A DNA stretch of 34,224 nt from IMG/VR virus record IMGVR_UViG_3300017914_002384, positions 1 to 34,224 of that record; one strand, 5' to 3'. The notes beneath the pieces were generated by a model. It was given only the letters and a program-made list of their open reading frames with translations. It made no database searches and was not told the DNA's origin. A program made the position numbers and the translations under genes. The stretch comes from a virus. Lineage: Duplodnaviria > Caudoviricetes. Position 1 is the first letter of the stretch. Each line of letters opens with the position of its first letter. Shown here in pieces: positions 27,179-33,874 of the stretch.

Positions 27179-27707
27179 GGGTCGTGTCCTCGGTGTTGAA
27201 GGCAGGAAGGATGATGTGGGCGAGCACGACACCCAGCGCCTGCCACGCATGGGAGCTCACACCGTAGAGGGGGCCGGGGGACCTCTTCGTGCCGATGGCC
27301 ACCTGACGGAAGCCACCGTGGACCTCCAGCAGCGCGGTGCGGACGAGGCTGTCCTTGTTGCCCTTGGTTGCGCAGCCCAGTGCCTGCAGCACCTGCCGCC
27401 TGTAGTACAGCCAGTAGGCGAGGGCGCGCACCTCGCACATCTCCATGAGCCGACCGACCACCTCGGTGGTGCGGACCACCGCAGTCGAGGGCGGCCCCGC
27501 CTGGGTGCGCTCGATGACCACGTGCAGCTCCGCGCCCTCATGGTGGGCCTGCAGGGCATAGGTCGTGAGCTGAGCGCGGATGTCCAGCAGACACGCCCTC
27601 GCGTTCGACAGCACCACCCGCCCATGGACGGCGCCCTCGGGCTGGTGGTAGACGACGAGCCCGCTGGTCAAAGGGCCAGGGTCAATGCCGATGATGTACC
27701 GGCTCAC
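27168..27707 (-). CDS. RuvC-like Holliday junction resolvase
   Basis: IIGIDPG...GLV N-terminus, VVIE motif and C-terminal HAWQALGV helix. Confidence 0.75.
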   Translation of the reverse strand: MSRYIIGIDPGPLTSGLVVYHQPEGAVHGRVVLSNARACLLDIRAQLTTYALQAHHEGAELHVVIERTQAGPPSTAVVRTTEVVGRLMEMCEVRALAYWLYYRRQVLQALGCATKGNKDSLVRTALLEVHGGFRQVAIGTKRSPGPLYGVSSHAWQALGVVLAHIILPAFNTEDTTHDD

Positions 27708-28423
27708 CCCTCACCCCCAACGACGGGGACGATGACGTCCTCCTGCTCGTCGGCCTGCTGCTGGAACCACTGGCGCACGACGTCGGCACCCCCGCCCGTG
27801 ACCCACCGGACCATGGCAGCCTTGGTCTGCTGGTCGAGCTGGTGGATGGGCTTGCGGTTGTGCGACGCAGCCCAGCGGTCCATGTCGGCGATGGTGAGGT
27901 CCACCGACTCCAGCGCCGAAGCGACCTGCTCGATGGTGAGCTGCGGGGCAGGCTGACGGGGGGGCTCGGGGCGCCGCTCCTGCCGGCGGGGCTGGGGCCG
28001 GGGCTGAAGCCGCGCGCGGACGGTGGACAGGTTGCCGTCGTCGTCCTCCTCGGGCAGGCCGCAGATGCTGACGCACGCCGTCCGGCGGAGGTAGGTGGTG
28101 GCCGACTTCAAGGCGTGGCCGTCCTTGCGCCCTCCGAGGGGGAGCTCGCACGTGCTGCTCATCCACTGTCCGCTGCTGTGGGTCAGCAGGGTAGTGACCT
28201 GCACCATGCCCTCCGACAGGCTGGGGTGCTGCGACAGCGACAGCCCGTGCTTGTTGAGGGCGGGCAGCACCGCCTGCAGCACAGCCGAGAGGGTGGCGTA
28301 GCGCGACTTGAAGTGCGGGTTGGTGCCGTCCTTCACCGCCGACCCCATGTCGCCCTGGGCCTGCGCCAGCGCCTTGAACAGGGAGCCCGTCGTCTCCGAC
28401 CACTTGATGATGGTGTGTTCCAT
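27704..28423 (-). CDS. erf: ERF-family ssDNA annealing protein (239 aa)
   Basis: ALAQAQ...KDGTNPHFKSRYATL, L.HSSGQW and SATTYLRR...GL.EEDDDGN. Confidence 0.92.
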   Translation of the reverse strand: MEHTIIKWSETTGSLFKALAQAQGDMGSAVKDGTNPHFKSRYATLSAVLQAVLPALNKHGLSLSQHPSLSEGMVQVTTLLTHSSGQWMSSTCELPLGGRKDGHALKSATTYLRRTACVSICGLPEEDDDGNLSTVRARLQPRPQPRRQERRPEPPRQPAPQLTIEQVASALESVDLTIADMDRWAASHNRKPIHQLDQQTKAAMVRWVTGGGADVVRQWFQQQADEQEDVIVPVVGGEG

Positions 28424-28445
28424 TGTCGTGTCCTTGTGGTTGTGC

Positions 28446-30686
28446 TCACATGGCCGTGAGCGTGGGGTGTTGCGACGTCTCGTGGATGCCGCGCAGGGCG
28501 ATAAGCCCGTTGTTGTGGTGCTTCTCGTTCCCTTCGATGTAGTACCAGATGACGCCGTTGGACCGCCGCTTCGAAAAGCCCGCGCGACGCAGCGCCTTCG
28601 ACAAACTGATACCAAGCCGCTGCGGGTTCATCCGGTCATCGATTGACCGAGCAAACTGCCCGACCGTGAACCGGTTGGCCCAGCCCCCGCCGTTGTTGAT
28701 GTAGACGGTGTGGGCACACTCGGTGTACCAGTCGCTCCACTCGTAGCCGCAGTTGTGCTTCTGCTGGTACAGCTCCTCGGTGCTGGTCAGCCACCACTGC
28801 TCGCCGTTGGCATAGGCGACCATCGCCTCGGCGAGGAGCTGGTCCCTCCAGCGACGGATCCACTCCAGGTCTGCCTGACTCTTGCCATCGACCTCGACCA
28901 CCCAATAGCGACGGCTGCCCGTGCGGTCCTTCAAGAACGACTGCTCGTTCGTCGTGCCGACTACGACGGTGTGCCGCTTGTACGTCCTGACCTTGCGCCC
29001 GTAGGGTGGGCGGATGCGGTCGATGGCGCTGGACAGGAACGCCTTCTTGGTTTCCTGGTCAGCTGCAGACGAGCCCGCCAGCTCGGCGTCCTCGTACACC
29101 CAGGCGGAGTACAGCTGGAGGTAGGCGTCCTTGTCCCGCAGGTTGAACCGGGTGTCGGCGAACAGCTGGGGCAGGCCGGGCAGCTCCATAAGCTCCCGGA
29201 ATACCGAGCTTTTGCCGTAGCCCTGGGGGCCCGTAAGCACGAGCATCGTATCGAGCTTGCACCCTGGCTTTAGCGCACGGGCGATGAGCCCGATGAACCA
29301 GCGCCGACCGTAGGTGCGGTTGAGCTCCGTGTCCTCGGCGCCCGCCCCATCGACCAGCCACCGCTGGATGCGAGGGCACCCGTCCCACTGGAGGGTCTGC
29401 AGGTACTCGACCACCGGGTTGCGCTCCCGACGGTGGGCGACCACTTCGACGGCGGACCACAGCGTGTCCTTGCCCACCCGCCAGCTCCACCCGTAGGCCG
29501 TCTCCATGTGGGTCAGGATGTCCACCCACATGGTGTCCTGCACAACCTCGGCGCCGTTCATCTCGCGCTGCGCGAAGCTGTCGTACCAAAGATCCCAGGT
29601 GGTGTCGTGCTCCAGCATGAGGAGCAGGTTGGTGACGGTGTTTGCGACCGACCCCTGCGTCTGATTCTTCTTCTTCGGCAGACGCACCAGCTGCGCCAGC
29701 CCCGACCGCGTCTCGACCACGTGGCTGTTCCAGTAGGTCGTGCAGCTCGGGCCGCTCCAATAGCGGGCGCGTCCGTCGGCCTCGACGTGGAAGAAGCCGC
29801 TGCCCACAGTCGAGCCGCCGAAGGGGCAGACCACCTTGACCCGCTCGCCCGGTCCGAGGGCAGCGACCACCTGCTGCCACGTCCGCCCATCGGGCAGGCG
29901 TTGGCTACGGAAGTCTACCTCCACCCGCTGGTGCTGCCGGGGCTTGACCGTCGGCACGTTGTCGGGCTCCAGCTCCAGCTGCGCGCTGGGCATGAGCTCC
30001 TGCTGCAGCTTGCCCAGCAGGTCGTGGTCGAGCACCGTGTCGGACGAGGCCACGACCGTGACCGGACGGGGCTGCCCGGGTGCCTTGGTGTTTTGGCTCC
30101 CGGGCATGCGGGCGAGGCGACAGCCGACGTCGAAGGTCGGGTCGAAGGCCGCCTCGACTTCGATGGACGGGCGCATGCTCTGGCACAGCTCGTAGGCACG
30201 ACGGTTCGCTTCGGTCACCACGCCCTGGGCGAGGGTGCGCAGCATGTCCTTGTCGGCGCCGAGCTCATCGATGACAGCGTAGTGGACGTGGTAGCCCCAG
30301 CCGCTATCGACCACCAGGGTAGGCGGGGCACCGACGGTGGACTCCACCATCGGCACGATCTCTTTCAGCAGCAGCTGCTTGAAAGCCTCGATGACCGCAG
30401 GCTTCTCGGTGTACAGCTTCTGCTTGCGGTCCCGCGCACGACGCTCCAGCACCGCCCCTCGGGCACGGCGCGCGGCGTCGTACAACGGGAGGAGGTCGGC
30501 GTCGAAGAACAGGGACGTGACCTGGGCCACGTTCTCGAACGTCCGGCCCCGGCCCTTGTGGTCTACGGCCCGCTCGGGGAACGTCCCCGTGCTGACGTAC
30601 ACCCCCCCGGGCAGGGACTGGCGCACGTAATGGTGCCCATCTTCGGGTGTCGGCCACACCCGCTGGACTCTTGGGTCGGTGTGCAT
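28446..30686 (-). CDS. Primase-helicase fusion: AEP/RepB-like primase N-terminus plus VapE (VirE)-type P-loop helicase
   Basis: FFDAD, VDSGWGYHVHY and RLARMPGS.N.K (AEP motifs). GPQGYGKS Walker A and RPPYGR...GTTN...FLKDRTGSRRYW (VapE). Confidence 0.88.
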   Translation of the reverse strand: MHTDPRVQRVWPTPEDGHHYVRQSLPGGVYVSTGTFPERAVDHKGRGRTFENVAQVTSLFFDADLLPLYDAARRARGAVLERRARDRKQKLYTEKPAVIEAFKQLLLKEIVPMVESTVGAPPTLVVDSGWGYHVHYAVIDELGADKDMLRTLAQGVVTEANRRAYELCQSMRPSIEVEAAFDPTFDVGCRLARMPGSQNTKAPGQPRPVTVVASSDTVLDHDLLGKLQQELMPSAQLELEPDNVPTVKPRQHQRVEVDFRSQRLPDGRTWQQVVAALGPGERVKVVCPFGGSTVGSGFFHVEADGRARYWSGPSCTTYWNSHVVETRSGLAQLVRLPKKKNQTQGSVANTVTNLLLMLEHDTTWDLWYDSFAQREMNGAEVVQDTMWVDILTHMETAYGWSWRVGKDTLWSAVEVVAHRRERNPVVEYLQTLQWDGCPRIQRWLVDGAGAEDTELNRTYGRRWFIGLIARALKPGCKLDTMLVLTGPQGYGKSSVFRELMELPGLPQLFADTRFNLRDKDAYLQLYSAWVYEDAELAGSSAADQETKKAFLSSAIDRIRPPYGRKVRTYKRHTVVVGTTNEQSFLKDRTGSRRYWVVEVDGKSQADLEWIRRWRDQLLAEAMVAYANGEQWWLTSTEELYQQKHNCGYEWSDWYTECAHTVYINNGGGWANRFTVGQFARSIDDRMNPQRLGISLSKALRRAGFSKRRSNGVIWYYIEGNEKHHNNGLIALRGIHETSQHPTLTAM

Positions 30687-30689
30687 CGG

Positions 30690-30983
30690 CTACTCCGTCG
30701 GCGCAGGGACCGTAGCATCCGACGTCGGGGAGGGGGGCACCGTCTGCTCCTCCTCCTCCTCGGGCAGCGAGGGGGGCGCGGCGAAGGTGGTGTCCTCCTC
30801 GGGCTCCATGAGCTTCAACACGTCGAGGTTGTTGGTCATCGCCTGCCGCAGGTCGGCCTGCACGTAGGGGCGGAGCTTGTTCTCGACGTAGGCGTTGACC
30901 GTCATGTTGTTGAGGGCTGCGACCATCTTCAAGTCGCGCTCCATGCCGAGGGAGATACGGGGACGGAATCGGGAAATGGGCAT
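30690..30983 (-). CDS. Small ribbon-helix-helix-like DNA-binding protein with an acidic tail
   Basis: SRFRPRISLGMERDLKMVAALNNMTVNAYV..L resembles Arc/HicB-type RHH domains. GGAG RBS. Confidence 0.6.
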   Translation of the reverse strand: MPISRFRPRISLGMERDLKMVAALNNMTVNAYVENKLRPYVQADLRQAMTNNLDVLKLMEPEEDTTFAAPPSLPEEEEEQTVPPSPTSDATVPAPTE

Positions 30984-31004
30984 GCTGCTGCTCCGGGGTG
31001 TGCG

Positions 31005-31424
31005 CTACTGCGCGGGGTGAGACATGAACTCTGCCCACAGCTGCTGCAGCTCGGCGGCGTCCAGCGCACGCACAGCATTCAGCCACGGGGAGGGGGCGGT
31101 GTAACGGACGACTGCTCGGCCACGGCCCACGCGCAACCAGCGCCAGGGCGACGACACAGTCCCGCGCTCGACAGTCCCGCGCTCGCACAGCTCATCGAGC
31201 TGGAGCGGGCGGACATTCAGGAGGGCGTCCCGCGCTCGACAGTCCCGCGCTCGACCGGGGCGAGGGCCGGGCCCGGAGGCGGGCGGCGCGGCGCCGCGCG
31301 GGAGGCCGGCGCGGCGGTGGAGGAGGGCCCACCCGGCCAGGGGCGGAGCTGCGACCGTGTACCGGGCCAGCTCCCGCCGGCCATGGCAGAGGGTGAGGCG
31401 GCGCGTCGTGCGTGCAAGGCTCAT
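31005..31424 (-). CDS. Hypothetical protein (139 aa); coding status partly uncertain
   Basis: GGGAGA RBS before ATG 31424 and it fills the gap between genes, but the middle is low-complexity and crossed by DNA repeats. Confidence 0.45.
   Translation of the reverse strand: MSLARTTRRLTLCHGRRELARYTVAAPPLAGWALLHRRAGLPRGAAPPASGPGPRPGRARDCRARDALLNVRPLQLDELCERGTVERGTVSSPWRWLRVGRGRAVVRYTAPSPWLNAVRALDAAELQQLWAEFMSHPAQ
31156..31253. repeat. Two tandem pairs of a 15-bp repeat (acagtcccgcgctcg)
   Basis: Copies at 31156-31170, 31171-31185, 31227-31238 (12-bp core) and 31239-31253. Confidence 0.9.
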
Positions 31425-31493
31425 CGGTTCTCCCTTCCCCGTGGACGTAGTCCATCGGGCCAGCGGTGCCAAGGGTTCAAATGGTCCAGACGC

Positions 31494-31523
31494 AAGAAAC
31501 CCCGCCCGGTAAGGGGCGGGGCT
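31494..31523 (-). terminator. Intrinsic terminator of the leftward early operon
   Basis: Minus strand reads agccccgccccttaccgggcggggtttctt: a GC stem followed by UUUCUU. Confidence 0.75.
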
Positions 31524-31541
31524 CGGGAGGTAGTCGGAGGG

Positions 31542-31625
31542 TCAGAGCCAGCGGGCGCAGTAGACCAGGAGGAGGAGGAGAAAGGCGCAGAGCGTATCGC
31601 CCCAGCAGCCCGGGTAGCGGGTCAC
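31542..31625 (-). CDS. 27-aa hydrophobic peptide (not in the ORF track)
   Basis: GTG start overlaps the upstream TGA, preceded by GGGGTGAGGA. Translation MTRYPGCWGDTLCAFLLLLLVYCARWL ends just before the terminator. Confidence 0.5.
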   Translation of the reverse strand: MTRYPGCWGDTLCAFLLLLLVYCARWL

Positions 31626-31822
31626 TCCTCACCCCCCGCCGGCTCAACGCAGGCGGTCTGCTCAACCTCTTCGTCCAGCTCCCAGCGCGTGGACACGTCG
31701 ACGCTATCCAGGTGCGACGCCAAGGACGACTGGAGCAGATCGATCCAAGCGTCCAGCACCTGGGAATCGTCACCACCGCAGACGGCAACCTCCACCGACA
31801 GACGCAAGCGGCGGTTACTCAC
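31622..31822 (-). CDS. Small acidic hypothetical protein (66 aa)
   Basis: GTGA overlap with the upstream gene, GAGGGGGG RBS-like tract. Confidence 0.6.
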   Translation of the reverse strand: MSNRRLRLSVEVAVCGGDDSQVLDAWIDLLQSSLASHLDSVDVSTRWELDEEVEQTACVEPAGGEE

Positions 31823-32574
31823 TTGCCACCCCCCTCAATCTCGACGTCTGCACGCCGGTTGCGCATGGCCCGGTAGAGGCGGAGCCGGGCGGGGCTACCG
31901 TGCACATCGGCAACGATGTTGCCGGGTCGCCCCGAGGTCCCATCGCAACGGCGGCAGGCGTTGCAGGTGAGGTGGGTGGACTGGTAGAAGCAGACCTCCT
32001 CATCCAGGAGCCGGGGCTCCCCAGCGAGGCGCGACCGGTACGTCCTCCAGCCCTTGGAAGCGGCGCGCCGTTGCTCCGCCGGGCTATCTACCGACGCCAT
32101 CAAGAAGGACTGGTAGCCGTCCGACCCGGGCGCCATCCATCGGTGCGAGTAGCCCAGGACCACGGCGCCGGCGCCCCGGCACACCCGGACGAGCTCCTGC
32201 ATGACGTGGAGCGGCACGGCCACCGGCTCCCCGTATGCGCCGAGACGCACGGCCCGCGGAGCTGCAGCTCGGAGCGACGCCGCCAGTCGGGTCGGGTCGG
32301 CGGGGTACTTGCCCGCGGCCCAGGACTTCCACACGTTGAGCGGCGCTTGCCACGTCGGCACGTAGCACCAGCCCCCCCGGGCAGGGCACCCACCGCACAC
32401 CGAGACGTCGGCGCCATCCTTGACGGCGTCGTGGGGCGGGCGGTCCTGGCGGAGAATCCAGAGCTGGGGGATCGGCCCCGTCTTCTTGTTGGCCGAGCTC
32501 ATGGTGAGCACAGCAACGATCGGCTCGCCGTCGATGGTAGAGGGTCCTTCGTATACGGTCCACCCGGTCGGCAT
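31819..32574 (-). CDS. Cys-rich GP88/DUF7227-like protein (possible divergent radical-SAM/Fe-S fold), 251 aa
   Basis: TGATG start. Motifs S.NKKTGPIPQ, CGGCP...WCYV, VRLGAYGEP, GYSHRW, LMASVDS, GWRT and C...TCNACRRC...VHG. Confidence 0.7.
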   Translation of the reverse strand: MPTGWTVYEGPSTIDGEPIVAVLTMSSANKKTGPIPQLWILRQDRPPHDAVKDGADVSVCGGCPARGGWCYVPTWQAPLNVWKSWAAGKYPADPTRLAASLRAAAPRAVRLGAYGEPVAVPLHVMQELVRVCRGAGAVVLGYSHRWMAPGSDGYQSFLMASVDSPAEQRRAASKGWRTYRSRLAGEPRLLDEEVCFYQSTHLTCNACRRCDGTSGRPGNIVADVHGSPARLRLYRAMRNRRADVEIEGGGK

Positions 32575-32831
32575 CACATACCCCCCAGGCAGAGCACGAC
32601 GACGGAGACGACGGTCCGACCGTCGCAGCCCCAGCACCAGCCCGCTTCCTGGTCGGGCTCCATCCGGTCGGAGATTTCGTGGCAGTCGGTGCAGACACCG
32701 GGCACGACGGAGGAGAGGGCGTAGCGGTTGAAGCACTCCGCCCGGGCAGCTGCATAGGTCGGCTCGGGATCGGCGACCGACACGCGGCCTTCTTGCTGGA
32801 GGTAGTGATCGAGGAGGTAGCGGCTGTTCAT
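32574..32831 (-). CDS. Small zinc-finger protein (85 aa)
   Basis: Cys pairs CTDC...EPDQEAGWCWGC. ACAAGGACAC RBS motif. Confidence 0.75.
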   Translation of the reverse strand: MNSRYLLDHYLQQEGRVSVADPEPTYAAARAECFNRYALSSVVPGVCTDCHEISDRMEPDQEAGWCWGCDGRTVVSVVVLCLGGM

Positions 32832-32867
32832 GGTGTGTCCTTGTTCGAGGGGCCCGGCTTCCCAACC

Positions 32868-32948
32868 GGGCGCCGGGTAGTCCCGGCACCGCCGAAGCCC
32901 CGTCCGGACGGAGCCGGTACGGGGCGGGGCGGGCAGAGCCGAGGGGCT
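32868..32948 (-). ncRNA. Candidate structured cis-RNA element, copy B
   Basis: Three consecutive hairpins homologous to 33378-33454, with a compensatory pair change and a G-U pair that forms only on the minus strand. Confidence 0.55.
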
Positions 32949-33228
32949 ACGAGTAGAGCGCCCGGGAGAGCTGGCGCCGGACGCCATCGAGAGCGGCCGC
33001 GGCGGACTCGTCGTCCAGGAGGTCGAGCGCCTGGAGCGCAGCCCAAGCGGCGGAGCGGAGCGCGTCATCCCCCTCGATGAGAGCGAGGGTGCGCTGGACC
33101 TCGTTCAGGGCGTTGTCCCAATCGTACTCGGAGAGGAGGTCGTCCCCGTGGCGGCGCGCGTGGTCGAAGGTCGCCGCGCAGTCGCGGAGCTTAGCAGTCG
33201 CAAGGTTCAGCTTGGTTGCGGTGTTCAT
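32947..33228 (-). CDS. Small helical hypothetical early protein (93 aa)
   Basis: ATG 33228 preceded by ACAAGGACAC; MNTATKLNLATAKLRD... Confidence 0.75.
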   Translation of the reverse strand: MNTATKLNLATAKLRDCAATFDHARRHGDDLLSEYDWDNALNEVQRTLALIEGDDALRSAAWAALQALDLLDDESAAAALDGVRRQLSRALYS

Positions 33229-33248
33229 GAGTGTCCTTGTGTCGTGGG

Positions 33249-33362
33249 TCAGAGGAGGAGGAGGAGCGCCAGCTTGTGGAAGCCGACGAGCAGAGCGGAC
33301 AGCACGGCCAGCATGGCGGCGCTCTGGAGGAGGAGGAGGAGGAGGTCCGCGGGGCGGGTCAT
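33249..33362 (-). CDS. 37-aa very hydrophobic peptide
   Basis: MTRPADLLLLLLQSAAMLAVLSALLVGFHKLALLLLL, preceded by the CCAGGACAC RBS motif. Confidence 0.65.
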   Translation of the reverse strand: MTRPADLLLLLLQSAAMLAVLSALLVGFHKLALLLLL

Positions 33363-33377
33363 GTCGTGTCCTGGTTT

Positions 33378-33454
33378 GGGTGCCGGTGAATCCTGGCACC
33401 CGCTAAGCCCCGCCCGGCGAACCGGAGCGGGGCGAGCTGGGGAGCCGAAAGGCT
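33378..33454 (-). ncRNA. Candidate structured cis-RNA element, copy A
   Basis: On the plus strand: gggtgcc..ggcaccc, then gccccgc-ccgg-cgaa-ccgg-a-gcggggc, then agcc-gaaa-ggct. The central loop reads UUCG on the minus strand. Confidence 0.55.
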
Positions 33455-33741
33455 TAGCGGAGCGCAGCCCGGAAGGCGCTGCAGTAGGCAGAGGCAGCAG
33501 GGGAGAAGGGAGCGAGCCCGCGAGCATCGCGCGCCTTGCAGGAGAGCTCCACATCAACAGCGCGGACCGCGTCAAGCCCGCCCATGGAGTCGGCGGCAGC
33601 GCGGACCGCGGAGCCATCGGCGCGGCCCCACTCGGTGGCGCGCATCGCATCGCCCAGGGCGGAGAGAGCAGCTGCAACGGCGGAGACGTCAGCAGAGGGG
33701 GCGGGGTTGATGTTGATGTTGATGTTGATGGGGGCGGACAT
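33454..33741 (-). CDS. First leftward early gene; Ala-rich hypothetical protein (95 aa)
   Basis: AAGGAGA RBS 4 nt before ATG. N-terminal ININININ is encoded by a hexamer repeat. Confidence 0.7.
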   Translation of the reverse strand: MSAPININININPAPSADVSAVAAALSALGDAMRATEWGRADGSAVRAAADSMGGLDAVRAVDVELSCKARDARGLAPFSPAASAYCSAFRAALR

Positions 33742-33745
33742 GGTA

Positions 33746-33801
33746 TCTCCTTGGTGGTACCATTGGTCCAGTAACAGAGTGGACCCATGGTGCCAAGGAG
33801 A
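33746..33801. promoter_or_regulatory. Imperfect inverted repeat covering the RBS of the first early gene
   Basis: tctccttgg-tgg-taccattggtcca / gtaacagag / tggacccatggtg-ccaaggaga. Confidence 0.6.
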
Positions 33802-33874
33802 AATATGGGGGAGTGTGGGGTTGGACGCTCGCCTGTCGCCGATATTCCGCGCGTCGTGGGCGTTATCGTCGCGT

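Noticed and set aside
29433-31970. 845-aa plus-strand ORF
   Set aside because: Antisense shadow of the primase-helicase and neighbouring genes, with low-complexity Arg/Gly/Ala content.
1925-33788. ORF-track upstream start extensions (1925, 4382, 11634, 24298, 24706, 25202, 26532, 27250, 28615, 32889, 33068, 33399, 33788)
   Set aside because: They overlap neighbouring genes or structured intergenic regions. Downstream starts with an RBS or stop-start coupling are better supported.
31465-33798. TTGGCAC as a sigma54 -24 box
   Set aside because: Neither copy has the required TTGC -12 element at the correct spacing.
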